Assembly: GCA_965235115.1 (NCBI GenBank)
Contig: OZ249440.1
Location: forward strand, 35,776,001 to 35,840,000
Origin: Laetmonice hystrix
Taxonomy: Eukaryota
DNA: 64,000 nt
Direction of reading: 5' to 3'
In this document: in pieces, positions 12,670 through 25,340 of the stretch
Position numbering within the stretch: position 1 is the stretch's first letter
Layout of the letters: every line of letters starts with the position of its first letter
Position numbers and translations under genes: made by a program
Notes under the pieces: model-generated
What the model was told of the DNA's origin: nothing
Seen by the model: the letters and a program-made list of their open reading frames with translations, nothing else
Databases searched by the model: none

Positions 12670-13260
12670 CTGACATATAAAAGAGTCAGAAGTCCAGCTT
12701 CTGACAAAAACTCTAAAATCACTCCTGGTTTGATTGCTAAAAAGATCCCTAAGACTTGTCTCATTATAAAACCTTTGTCTGATGAGAGTAAAATCACCAC
12801 ACTCAAGTAAAAGATGCTTCAGTGTCAAAGGACACTCACAGCCATAACATTCTGGAGGTGGCTACCCCTTCAATAAAAACACATTGGTTAACCCTTTCCA
12901 GTCTGGCACAGTACCCTGCCAGGGGGCTGGGGGATTACACAAAAAATTCATAGGGGCAAAAAACGTCTATAGATTTTATTTACACAAGTTTGATATGATA
13001 GGAAACAAACTTTTAAAATAAATTATTTTTTTGGAAATTGGTTGACTCTTAACCATTTGACCACTGACCTTTGACCATTCAAAAAAAATATTCATCCCCT
13101 ATCCCATACGGGATACGCCCAGAATGATGTTTTTTTTAATCCTGTATCCGATACGGGATACGTCTGGAAAGGGTTAATCTAGAATGACCAATTCTGCATC
13201 GAGTAAAAACAATTTCATGTCTACGTTGGGTTACGTTGTGACACGGAGAGGATGAGTTAA
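12670..13260 (-). mobile_element. 3' fragment of a LINE (I-group-like ORF2 C-terminal CCHC region)
   Basis: With the MITE removed it reads RRHEIVFTRCRIGHSRLTNVFLLKG*PPPECYGCECPLTLKHLLLECGDF...ILEFLSEAGLL. Confidence 0.85.
12892..13173. mobile_element. piggyBac-type MITE
   Basis: TIR CCCTTTCCAG / CTGGAAAGGG; TTAA on both sides (12888-12891, 13174-13177); removal restores the LINE frame. Confidence 0.9.
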
Positions 13261-13272
13261 TCAAGCCTACAA

Positions 13273-13619
13273 CCGTGAAGAAACGGTTAGAACTACGTAC
13301 AAAACAAACACAGCCCGGCTTGGGCAGCTTGAGAGGCTTACAATGAGTCGAAAAGCGTGTTTCGAACGTGTTCTGCCTTCGCGCATGGCTGCATAGCCAG
13401 TTCGAGTGACCCAGTTCGGGCAGGTCCTGCCACGGGCCCCGCGGCCCCGTGAAGAAACGGTTAGAACTACATACAAAACAAACACACCCCGGCTTGGGCA
13501 GCTTGAGAGGCTTACAACGAGTCGAAAAGCGTGTTTCGAACGTGTTCTGCCTTCGCGCATGGCTGCATAGCCAGTTCGAGTGACCCAGTTCGGGCAGGGT
13601 CTGCCACGGGCCCGCGGCC
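13273..13619. repeat. Two tandem copies of a ~174-bp unit
   Basis: CCGTGAAGAAACGGTTAGAACTAC...CACGGGCCC occurs twice, nearly identical. Confidence 0.9.
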
Positions 13620-14018
13620 GCGGGCCGGTGTACACTAGCCCCGTACACCTATCGCTACATAACCACAAGTTATAACAACGATTTCCTGTGGATCAGTCTG
13701 GCAATGTCCGTTCAAATGTAGGGGCTACAGTCACCCTCCCCCGCCTACAGGCTAAGGCAAATGACCTAGAAACCTTTGCACATGAGTGCTCACTGCAGAG
13801 GCAGGTACGCACAGTGAAAGTGACGTAGTCAACAATCGCGCAGAATGCTGGGAGGGCTTGTGCACAGAAACATGGAAATATGGCGGGAGATGGCTCTATC
13901 TCGGTGCGCACCGAGATAGGTTTCAAATGCTGCACAGACTAATAAAAGGTTCATCAGGCCAATGGTACTCATTAGGTTTGCTCCCAAGCAGAGGCAATTC
14001 TTAGCACCTCTGCACCAG

Positions 14019-14169
14019 GGGCGGGTTGCACTAACGGTCCTACAGGTTAGGACTTTTATATCTCAAGGGCTATTGAATCTCAGATATGAAGTGCCTGGGT
14101 GGCATGGCACTCAGTAGGACTGATCCTAAATTCCGTCCTAACCCGTAGAACCATTAGTGCAACCCGCCC
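14019..14169. mobile_element. PIF/Harbinger-type MITE
   Basis: Long TIR GGGCGGGTTGCACTAA...TTAGTGCAACCCGCCC with 3-bp TSD CAG. Confidence 0.85.
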
Positions 14170-16629
14170 CAGGTGTCTTGGGCTGTCCTCCGCCAGAGGC
14201 ACTTCCCTGCACTTTACCAGTCATGATGGAGGACCATAGCCCCTTGCCTTCCCAGAATCATAAGGTTTCCAGGGTTGTTGACCGTAGATCAAAGATATTC
14301 AATGTTTCCTCCACTCAGATGCCAGCGATGGTTATATTTCTCCATTTGATATCTCCCCACTTCCTCAAACAAAAGAGGCAGCAAAGAAAAATTCCAAAGC
14401 TGTCAGCAGTAAACACAGTACAGAACACATCACTGCTTGTCCGTACCTTTGCAAGTTGAAATCTGCACAGGCAGCCAAGAAGAAGTCACAGCAACAGAGA
14501 GTTGAAAAGTCCAAGAGAATCCCAAAGCCATATGGGGAGAAAGGCAAGAAACACTATGTGCAACTGACTGCATAGATGTAATTGTAACATAAGTCACTGC
14601 CATTGTTTCCATTATGACGTCAAAACATTCTACCACATGGTGGCGCCACTGACAATGGAACCGATGGTATTTGAGTATCATAATCAGTATGCATATGTAT
14701 TTATATATTTATAAGCAAATTATAACAAGCAATTATTTTAAAGGAATTAACAGATACCTGACAAGAGTATGAAGTGTACCAGGTGTGGCTGCCTATATGA
14801 TCGGTTTAACTGGTCACCACACCTAGAGACAGATAGCCCCGGTCTGGCTTTATCAGACGACCCCCCCCCCCCCCCCGGTCATGGGAGAGGAAGATAGCGC
14901 CCATATCTCATTATCCTCCCATGCACTGGCAGCCGCCTGATTATAGTCAAGATCCTACAGCTAATAGGATAATATGACGCCAGGGGGCAGCACAATAGAG
15001 AAAGATCCTGTATTAATCAATTTAATAATGTTCCTGTACTCCACTAGATGGCAGTTCTAGTATCATGGTTATATTATCATTGTTACATGAAGTAAGACCA
15101 TAATTGGACCCAGTGTGTAAACCAAGACACCTGGCCATCAATCAGTTTGGTATAAATACTGCTGTGAAATTAAGTCAGTTTCTGACAGCAGACTAAGAGT
15201 CGTATACTCTCCAGTCTAACACCTCTACTTCAGTCTTCGTGTCGTCATTGCTGCCTGGTAGTTAGCTACTCCGTCCCGCCACCCAGACGACCCACGGCGT
15301 CTACCGCGTATTGGTAGAGTGGTGACCGCCTTGTCATCGCTGGCTGCCCACTGAGGAAAATCCTAACGCTGAGACAGCAACGGCTCGGGACCGGCCAGAG
15401 GGAGAGCGCCGCCACCACCACAAGAAGGAAGGGCGTCGCCACTGACTGGGAGAGCAGCGACAACACACCACCACCCACCGAGGGACCGACCATGGTCACA
15501 AGCAGGCCACCCCCAGCGACCGTGACGAAGGGCACAGGAGGCCACCCTGCCCCCACCCCACACATCTGTATTTCCACAGAGGGATGACGTGCTCCCGGCT
15601 TGGAGCAAGGAGCTACAGCGCCAGCTCTCTGAGGTGCATGGGCAGCTGGCTTTGGTTGGAGAGTGGCAGGTCTATGCTCTCCTACCTGGCGCACTGGCAG
15701 GAGTTTTATTGTGGGCGCCTAGAGTGAGTTAGTGAGTAGTAGTGGTTTTATGCTGTGCCGGCATCCAAGGCCATCTTCATAGCAAAAACAGAGTGAGTGA
15801 GTAGTGGTGGTGGTTTTACTCCCTGTCAGCATCCGGGGCCATCTTCACAGTGAAAACAGAGTAAAAAGACCACAAAATGAAAGGGACCTATTTTATTCCG
15901 GGCCCCAAGGGAAATGTCATTGAAGCACACTCCATCCTGTCAGCCCAACAGGATTGGGCGGCTGACGAACAACGTAAAGTAGTTGCGGAGCTGGAGGCCC
16001 GCCTCCATACCAGTAACAATTATACTCGGTAGGCCAAGGCCGGCTCCTGATGCTGGGACTGGCCTACAAGGGAAACCAGCATGCAGTGGAATTCATCGAG
16101 CGCAACCTCCCCAACTAAGAGGTTGAGCCGGTCAGCCTAGTGATGGCCCTGATGAGCTGATGGACGATGAGGATGATCTGGACATTGCCTGGGTAAGCAA
16201 ACAAGCACGCCCTCGTATGGTGGGGCCGTCTCATGACCTGTGGATGCTTCTGACCGTGAAGGCTATGACAAAGAAAGTGGTCCCCATCATGGCCTTCCTT
16301 CTGGAGGGGGTCAAGGATTGTCTGCAACGCCGCCGGGACCGTATGGTGCTGACGGAGTATACTGATGGCAGCCTTTCTGTCAGAGCCGGGGGCATTGGTT
16401 ATCTGGACATTACCTGGGACGAGTGGAGCGGGGCCAACATTTTCTCCTAGCTCACCTGCTAGAGGTCGGAGAATTATGCCGTAGAGATATTGAATACTAC
16501 CTGGCGTACTCTGCCATGATCTACGACCTAGCATTTTTTTGTTTAGGACCTATGTGTTAGACAACAATGCTATTATGCAGTGCTTTGTACCATCATTATG
16601 AATTATATTAGTGTCCCAGCTTTGGAGGG

Positions 16630-16880
16630 GTAGACTAGCAGGACTAGCTGCAGCCATGCCAGGTCTTCATGCATTTACAGGTTCTGACTTCACCACTGCA
16701 TTCTACAGGACGGGTAAAGTGAAGCCACTGCAAGTTCTTGTGAAAGACACAGAACACTCATCCAGGTCTTCTGCAGACTGGCTTCTGAAGATCAACCAGA
16801 CCAGAGTAAAGCAGAACAGTTCATCTGTTCCTTGTAGGGCCTGAAGGGTGATGTGAAGGAAGATGACTGGAAAAATGGAT
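16630..16880 (+). pseudogene. Remnant of an Academ(X)-like transposon nuclease region
   Basis: MPGLHAFTGSDFTTAFYRTGKVKP resembles the HAFTGCD...GK XPG/H3TH-like motif; frameshifted downstream. Confidence 0.55.
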
Positions 16881-17271
16881 AAGGTCCTAGTATCCTATAG
16901 CAGCTATTCTATAATCAAAGTAGTCTTTTAACAACAAATAATTTTATTGGGGAAGCAAAATAAATCAACATAACTTTGGAAAATTAACCAGTACAATATG
17001 TCATCACCAATTGGTTCTGAGGGCTATATTTTAGCATTATAGAAAATGTCTTTTCTATGCACCTGACAGCAGATATGCCCAAATATGCCCCTTTTTTGAA
17101 GAGAGTAAATTTTCAAAAATAGATAAGTCTTGACTAAGTGGTGACTCGAGGAAAAACTGACTTTGAAAAACAGAGAGGCACCTTGAATGCTAATAGTTTA
17201 ACATGAATTGAAATTTAGAGGGGATAACTAATTTTTAGTCTTGTTTCAGGAAAACCCGATGTCCATAGGAT

Positions 17272-17700
17272 ATGATACATTTCATATCATACAACGCACT
17301 ACTCAAACAAAGCAGCAACACCGACCAAAGTACACCACAGACGAGTCATGGGGATGATGTCAACCCACAAAACAACGTGGTGCTCATAATAGGGAACTCT
17401 CAAACCACAGGCATTAACCCAACCAAGTTTTCTTCACGGACCACTATAAAGAAAATCACTCCGTATACAATCAAAGACGCCCATGACTGGCTGGCCACCA
17501 GAGAAGCAACCACCTACAAGTCAGTGAATGCTGTCGTCCTACATGAAATCACTAACGATGTCAAACAAACAAGTGCAACTGCTTGTAGAAACAAGATGAT
17601 TGCCCTGAATGTGCCAAGCAACGTTTTGGGCAGGCACAGGTGGTGGCATCGCTGGGCACACCCCGAGATGATGGCTATCAAGAGACGGTCAACCTGGTAA
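17272..17700 (+). pseudogene. SGNH-like ORF1 remnant of a LINE (CR1/L2-like)
   Basis: VLIIGNSQ (GDS-like block) and VVLHEITNDV (block III-like); degraded downstream. Confidence 0.55.
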
Positions 17701-18382
17701 ATAGAGAGCTGTGCCACCCTTAAAGGTGACCCACGAAGGCCACGAAGGTGCACAAAGGCCCCAATATAAAAATTCCAGACTTTTCCCGGTCTCCCGGACC
17801 CGTGGGAACCATGTTATTGGGAGTAAATAAAAGGACAATGTATACTTGATAGAAAGTGCCTCTGTCCACTTGAAATGAATTTATTCTCTTTCAAATGACA
17901 TTTCTTCTTGGATGACATAACTGACTCTGCAACAGATCATCCCCCTGAAACTTTTACTTATTTCACTGGCACTTTAACATGGCAGCAGAGTACCAGGATG
18001 GAAACCCAAACGAAATGAAATCAGTACAATCACATACTGCTATTTTAAATATTTAAATATTTGGAATAGCTATAATATTTTGTTGGTCATGTTCCGGTCT
18101 CGCATTGAAAGTAGCATCTCTGGCAACTAGGGGTGTTACGGTACTTAGTTAAAAGACGTTCTGGAGTACTGGACACGTGTGCCGTCTTACTAGACAAAAT
18201 CCACAGACAGTGGCGATCACGTTGGGGAAAATTAGCATCCTATAGACCTTAAAGTAATTAGTATGGTAATCCTCGTCCTCTCATATCGATGTCAGTGATA
18301 TAGAACAGAACTTATCGATAGAAATAGCCACCTTTGGCCACCATTACGAGTTTCAGTGGTGAGTATTCCTCCATGGCCGACT

Positions 18383-18510
18383 TCACTGCTTGGGTGACGG
18401 CTGAAAGTTGACGGAATATCCTCCTGTGTTTGGATCTTGTTGCATTTTAAAGTTGTCTGTGGAAAGTCCAAATGGCTTCAGCACCATGTTGCCGAGATCC
18501 TTCAACTTAC
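18383..18510 (-). CDS. TTC1: Tetratricopeptide repeat protein 1, last coding exon
   Basis: ttcag| then (G)[41 protein letters not shown], the conserved TTC1 C-terminus; phase 1 matches the upstream exon. Confidence 0.93.
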
Positions 18511-19107
18511 CTGAAGTGAAAACAAATGGTACAATAAGTTAGTGAAACTCAGGGGCTTGCCGACAGTGCCATGGACGAATGGTTATGGGCACTGGTACTC
18601 AAAGGCACTGGTACTCAAAGAAGTCATCTATCGACAAATGTGAGGGACAGTGCAACTCTGTTGTAGCCAAAACATCGTTGCAAATTACCTATCGAAAGGG
18701 AAACCCAAAAACATACTGGTATATGAAATTTCGACCTTGTTATGTTCTTGTTCAGACATTCCCACCTCCTATGAGTACATTGTAAATTCCTTCCAAGTAT
18801 CTGGTTTTGTTTCATCACCATAATCTATCGTGGTTTAACTGATGTGAAATTTTAGCGGCACCTTCTACAACATGAGGTACACTGAAATACTTGTAGGACG
18901 TGTGGTTGCATAGGAATGGAGATAAGATGGGTCGAGATTTCAGCTCATTAAGTTCCAATATTTCTTGCCTTAGCCCTAATTCTCTCTCATGTAATAATTC
19001 AATTAATTCTTATATAATCCAAGGGTCTCCCCTCTCCTGGATTCTAATCTTCTTTAATGGGCGGAACGTTTCAATTGTTGTAACTATATCATTCTTAATT
19101 TTATACC

Positions 19108-22050
19108 AGTGTATGACACAGTATGGGCCCTGTAAGCATGTGTGGGGTACGGTATGACACAGTTAGTACGGGTCCTGTAAGACTATGTGGGGTATGGTAT
19201 GACACAGTTAGTACGGGCCCCGTAAGCATGTGTGGGGTACGGTTAGTACAGGTGTAAGCATGTGTGGGGTACGGTTAGTACAGGTGTAAGCATGTGTGGG
19301 GTACGGTATGACACAGTTAGTACAGGTGTAAGCATGTGTGGGGTACGGTATGACACAGTTAGTATGGGCCCTGTAAGCATGTGTGGGGTACGGTATGACA
19401 CAGTTAGTATGGGCCCTGTAAGCATGTGTGGGGTACGGTATGACACAGTTAGTACAGGTGTAAGCATGTGTGGGGTACGGTATGACACAGTTAGTACAGG
19501 TGTAAGCATGTGTGGGGTACGGTATGACACAGTTAGTACAGGTGTAAGCATGTGTGGGGTACGGTATGACAGTATGGGCCCTGTAAGCATGTGTGGGGTA
19601 CAGTATGACACAGTTAGTATGGGCCCTGTAAGCATGTGTGGGGTACGGTATGACACAGTTAGTACAGGTGTAAGCATGTGTGGGGTACGGTATGACACAG
19701 TTAGTATGGGCCCTGTAAGCATGTGTGGGGTAAGGTATGACACAGTTAGTACAGGTGTAAGCATGTGTGGGGTACGGTATGACACAGTTAGTATGGGCCC
19801 TGTAAGCATGTGCGGGGTACGGTATGACACAGCATGGGCCCTGTAAGCATGTGCGGGGTACGGTATGACACAGTATGGGCCCTGTAAGCATGTGCGGGGT
19901 ACGGTATGACACAGTATGGGCCCTGTAAGCATGTGTGGGGTACGGTATGACACAGTATGGGCCCTGTAAGCATGTGTGGGGTATGGTATGACACAGTATG
20001 GGCCCTGTAAGCATGTGTGGGGTATGGTATGACACAGTTAATATGGGCCCTGTAAGCATGTGTGGGATACGGTATGACACAGTTAGTATGGGCCCTGTAA
20101 GCATGTGTAGGGTATGGTATGACACAGTTAATATGGGCCCTGTAAGCATGTGTGGGATACGGTATGATACAGTTAGTATGGGCCCTGTAAGCATGTGTAG
20201 GGTATGGTATATGGATTCTGTCTCATTTCGGAAGATGTGTGTAGGGGGGAGGGTCCATTGTCCTGCTCGACCACCAAAGCTCCTTTTTTAGGGGAGTGGC
20301 GGTGGCCGAGTGGGCATGGGTGTCGACACCTTATGCTATGCGAATGGGTGCAGTAATCTTGGGGCCGGGGTTCGATTCCTGTAGAGGACTATACAACTTT
20401 TCTCTTTAGGGACATTGTCAAAGTAATTGGGTTCCCCCTGATGCCCGTGCATTTCAAAAGAAAAATACAGTATGGGCCCTGTAAGCATGTGTGGGGTATG
20501 GTATGACACAGTTAATATGGGCCCTGTAAGCATGTGTGGGATACGGTATGACACAGTTAGTATGGGCCCTGTAAGCATGTGTAGGGTATGGTATGACACA
20601 GTATGGGCCCTGTAAGCATGTGTAGGGTATGGTATGACACAGTATGGGCCCTGTAAGCATGTGTAGGGTATGACACAGTATGGGCCCTGTAAGCATGTGT
20701 GGGGTATGGTAGGACACAGTTAGTATGGGCCCTGTAAGCATGTGTAGGGTATGGTATGACACAGTTAGTATGGGCCCTGTAAGCATGTGTAGGGTATGGT
20801 ATGACACAGTATGGGCCCTGTAAGCATGTGTAGGGTATGACACAGTATGGGCCCTGTAAGCATGTGTGGGGTATGGTATGACACAGTATGGGCCCTGTGA
20901 GCATGTGTGGGGTATGGTATGACACAGTATGGGCCCTGTGAGCATGTGTGGGGTATGGTATGACACAGTATGGGCCCTGTAAGCATGTGTGGGATACGGT
21001 ATGACACAGTTAGTATGGGCCCTGTGAGCATGTGTGGGGTATGGTATGACACAGTATGGGCCCTGTAAGCATGTGTGGGGTATGGTATGACACAGTTAGT
21101 ATGGGCCCTGTAAGCATGTGTGGGGTATGGTATGACACAGTTAGTATGGGCCCTGTAAGCATGTGTGGGGTATGGTATGACACAGTTAGTATGGGCCCTG
21201 TAGGCATGTGTAGGGTATGGTATGACACAGTATGGGCCCTGTAAGCATGTGTGGGGTATGGTATGACACAGTTAGTATGGGCCCTGTAAGCATGTGTGGG
21301 GTATGGTATGACACAGTATGGGCCCTGTGAGCATGTGTGGGGTATGGTATGACACAGTATGGGCCCTGTAAGCATGTGTGGGATACGGTATGACACAGTT
21401 AGTATGGGCCCTGTGAGCATATGTGGGGTATGGTATGACACAGTATGGGCCCTGTAAGCATGTGTGGGGTATGGTATGACACAGTTAGTATGGGCCCTGT
21501 AAGCATGTGTGGGGTATGGTATGACACAGTTAGTACGGGCCCTGTAAGCATGTGTGGGGTATGGTATGACACAGTTAGTATGGGCCCTGTAGGCATGTGT
21601 AGGGTATGGTATGACACAGTATGGGCCCTGTAAGCATGTGTGGGGTATGGTATGACACAGTTAGTATGGGCCCTGTAAGCATGTGTGGGGTATGGTATGA
21701 CACAGTATGGGCCCTGTGAGCATGTGTGGGGTATGGTATGACACAGTATGGGCCCTGTAAGCATGTGTGGGATACGGTATGACACAGTTAGTATGGGCCC
21801 TGTGAGCATATGTGGGGTATGGTATGACACAGTATGGGCCCTGTAAGCATGTGTGGGGTATGGTATGACACAGTTAGTATGGGCCCTGTAAGCATGTGTG
21901 GGGTATGGTATGACACAGTTAGTACGGGCCCTGTAAGCATGTGTGGGGTATGGTATGACACAGTTAGTATGGGCCCTGTAAGCATGTGTGGGGTATGGTA
22001 TGACACAGTTAGTACAGGCACTGTAAGCCTATGTGGGGTACAGTATGAGC
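19108..22050. repeat. Minisatellite with 41-45 bp unit in the last TTC1 intron
   Basis: Unit AGTATGGGCCCTGTAAGCATGTGTGGGGTATGGTATGACAC(AGTT); interrupted at ~20210-20467; 389-bp higher-order period (21010, 21399, 21788). Confidence 0.97.
20290..20460 (+). mobile_element. tRNA-derived SINE-like fragment inside the minisatellite
   Basis: A-box-like TGGCCGAGTGG (~20302) and B-box GGTTCGATTCC (~20369). Confidence 0.55.
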
Positions 22051-22102
22051 TCTAAGACTATGGTGCCAAATGAATGGCCATATGCTTAGCTAGGCCTAGG
22101 CA

Positions 22103-22450
22103 AAGGTCAGAGGTCACTGCGTCAATTCCTATATCTAGTTAATGTTATGTCTAGTTATGTGAACCCAGTACACACCCAGCATTTCACCCCTTAGCTTCTC
22201 ATTCCTCTCCTTGATCTGAAGGTCAAAGGTCACTGTGTCAATTCCTATATCTAGTTAATGTTATGTCTAGTTATGTGAACCCAGTACACACCCAGCATTT
22301 CATCCTTTAGCTTCTCGTTCCTCTCCTTGATCTGAAGGTCAGAGGTCACTGCGTCAATTCCTATATCTAGTTATTGTTATGTCTAGTTATGTGAACCCAG
22401 TACACACCCAGCATTTCATCCTTTAGCTTCTCGTTCCTCTCCTTGATCTG
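22103..22450. repeat. 3 x 116-bp tandem repeat including the 3' part of TTC1 exon 4 and its donor
   Basis: Units start at 22103, 22219 and 22335. Confidence 0.95.
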
Positions 22451-22462
22451 TTCTGGAAGCCG
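22408..22462 (-). CDS. TTC1: TTC1 coding exon 4
   Basis: ttgcag|RLPEQIKERNEKLKDEML-G|gtgtgt; 55 nt. Confidence 0.92.
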
Positions 22463-23359
22463 CTGCAATGACAAAGACATTTCAAGTCATACTTCGGATC
22501 AACCTTATTCTCATTTACTAAGATAATCTACTGTCATTGTTAACTAGTGTACCATTACCACAGCTATAATAACGTATCGACCAAGATGTGTGTACTTTCA
22601 CATGTGTAGCCAGTGGAGTCTGGTTATAACGAAGAACTTTGGACTGAGGAAAAAATTCATTATGTGTGGAAATTCTTTACGGGCATGGGGGCCAGGCAGT
22701 CAGTCACAAACCCGTTTTTACCCCCCCCCCCCCTTACATAATGGGATCATTCCATGCCGATTCAACAGAGGCCCCACACACTTCGTCTTTGATTTCCCAA
22801 GACATTTAAAGTAACAAATCTCTAGTTGCCACTCTCTAACATGGGACAGATACCTCTGCACTATTGTTAGAGGGAGATCTATAGGCCCACTGCGTCAGAG
22901 AAATTATGGTAGCTGGTCAAATGGACTGGCTGTGGCTGTCTGGCTCACATATATTCAATAACATCTTGTAGAAAAGTTAACAGAATGATTGGAGACGGTA
23001 TGGGGATGTTGCATGTCAAATGAATTTTTGATATCATTCAAAATGGCTGTGATGTAGCCACCTTGGATGTAAACATATTTAAAGGAATAACTATATGACC
23101 TCAATTGGCTTTTCAAGGTCACTCGAAGTTTACTAAAAATCTATTTTATCTGCACCATCCGCAGACTGACCCTGGTCATCGTGTAAAGTTTCATGCAAGT
23201 TGACCCATATTTTAAGAAATTGCTGTCTACAGACGTACAGACATTCAGATGTACAGGCCAAATTAGAAGCTTGAGTCCCAGCTACAAAAACAACATGCAT
23301 CCATCCCTGACCCTTCTACAAATTACAGCAGTTGCTTTTGAATTGTTCATCTGACTTAC

Positions 23360-23545
23360 CCGACAGGCCTCTCGAGCACAATGCTCACTGGGGTCCATCT
23401 CAAACACCTTCTGATAATCAACAAGAGCGTCGTCCAGTTTGTCCGTTTTCTCATACAACTCGGCCCGCCGGAGTAGAGGTTTTAGGTAGTTTGGATTCAG
23501 TGTTACAGCTTTGGTGCAGTCAGTGATGGCTGCCACATGTTTTTC
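23360..23545 (-). CDS. TTC1: TTC1 coding exon 3 (TPR repeats)
   Basis: ttcag|EKHVAAITDCTKAVTLNPNYLKPLLRRAELYEKTDKLDDALVDYQKVFEMDPSEHCAREACR|gtaagt; 186 nt. Confidence 0.93.
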
Positions 23546-23979
23546 CTGAAGGAAAGAAGGGCTTTCCTAAACACGAATTACAGACAACACGTCTACTAGA
23601 ATTGTGTTAAAAAACGTTCTGGGAGTTGATATTCTAACATTTGATATTAACAAATAAAACTGCCCACCACAGGGCAATACTACTGCCCTGACCAGGCAGA
23701 CTGCAGTAACTGCAAATTTTACAAGAATGGGATAACCCACTTTTCTGGGGCTACTTGACTGGCTCCATCTATTGGAAAAACTAGTAAACTAAAATTACAC
23801 ACACACATAAGATTTAGAATCAGAGCACAGCAGGTGCAGTATCTACTGTTTTTGGGTCACGCAAACCAAGCCGAACTGCAGTAACTAGTCATATACTACA
23901 GTTTGCAATGACATTTTGGACACAATTATGGGCCAGTGCCACTACTTAATCTGCACAATGCCACTTCAAACATGCAGTA

Positions 23980-24833
23980 CCGTAAATGATCGTGTATAGT
24001 ACGCACTCGTGTATAGTACGCAGGCGATTTTTGGGGCTAAGACCAAGGAAAAAAATCCAACAACATCATAGAATCCCGGCATGGCAGCTACAACCTGAGG
24101 TGTGAACTCCTGCAGCCGGCTCCAGCCACAGTTAGCATGTCCAGGCCCGAACGGTCACACCTATATATTTAGCAATTTTTAGATATGGCACTATAAGACA
24201 AAGGGGGGCCAGTGTACCTCACGGGTATAATCATGGCCAGAGATAGAGCCAATTCAGATCTGCTACTGACTAAACCCCTGCCGCCACATAGATCAGCAGC
24301 AAACCAAACTGCCCATTTTAGGGCCCCAACTCCTCAGAAAAGGGTTCGATTAATGCTATATCACGTTAATACAAAATGATGTAGGCCCTTAATTACTCCC
24401 CAGGACGTGCTGTTAGGCCACGTGGCCGGCAGCCTTAGTGTTTCATTTTACCACCACGCGCCACTAGGTGCTACGGTAGTGACGCCTGGTGGCAAAATGG
24501 AAGGCTAGTATTTCACCTCTGCGTTCCACAGTTGCCTTGGCCTACGTTGCAAGTTTATAACCAAGTGTTTTAGAAATACGCCTTCAATGAAGAAACTAAT
24601 GCCTTTATTGAATATATCTGGGCCTAGTAGTGTATTTTTGAATGCGTATTTCCAAGTGGTTACTGGTGTAGTGACTCAAGCCAAGACCCTCCATTAGGCC
24701 AGTCGTCCATTTTTGGCAGTCAAGATGGGCCGACTGACCATGGATTTTGCTTAGACTCGTGTATAAGACGCACTGGATTTTCAGAGGCAAGTTTGGGGGT
24801 AAAAAAGTGCGTACTATACACGATCATTTACGG
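23980..24833. mobile_element. Non-autonomous Tc1/mariner-pogo-type DNA transposon
   Basis: Perfect 28-bp TIR CCGTAAATGATCGTGTATAGTACGCACT; TA on both flanks. Confidence 0.9.
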
Positions 24834-25166
24834 TATATATGCAAAATCTGCAATTTCTAAGGCCTACCTGTATTAGGCCTATAGCCTAGGTCCTATTATA
24901 CGATCAATTTATTTATTTTTAATTTTTTTTTAGTTTCCTGAAAATTTTAGGAAACTTTCATCCCTGTTATGAGAGAACATATTCCTCATAGATTTACCGG
25001 TAATTCTATTCTCATCTAAGGTTTTCAATTTGGTAAAGCTGTTTAACAGGTCATGAAAGAAATGCTTCCACATCAATAATATATTCCTGCTTTCAATAAT
25101 TTGATCTACAAAATCAATCTGCATGTATTACTTTAAGACAATAGCCTGTCTGAATCTGGTACTCAC

Positions 25167-25340
25167 CAAGTGAAGTTTAGCTGCGGCTCTGTTGGAGTAC
25201 ATTATGGACCGTAGCTTGACGCAGGAGATGGGGCATGTCTGCAGCGCCTTCGTATAAAGATCTAAAGCACCAGTATAGTCGCCCTCTTTGAATGCAGAAT
25301 TTCCATCAGCCTTCCACTGCTGGGCCTGGTTCTTAAAATC
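25167..25340 (-). CDS. TTC1: TTC1 coding exon 2 (TPR repeats)
   Basis: tttcag|DFKNQAQQWKADGNSAFKEGDYTGALDLYTKALQTCPISCVKLRSIMYSNRAAAKLHL|gtgagt; 174 nt. Confidence 0.93.

Noticed and set aside
14770..15720. Possible LTR or YR-element remnant (TATA at ~15150, TGG-starting motifs at ~15312)
   Set aside because: No partner repeat, TSD or coding similarity could be established.
16140..16450. 96-aa ORF MDDEDDLDIAW...
   Set aside because: No recognisable family motif or splice context.
20290..20385. tRNA gene
   Set aside because: A and B boxes are present but no convincing cloverleaf or acceptor stem; treated as SINE-like.
19108..22050. CRISPR-like array or repetitive protein ORFs
   Set aside because: Head-to-tail monomers with no unique spacers, in a eukaryotic intron; the ORFs are by-products of stop-poor units.
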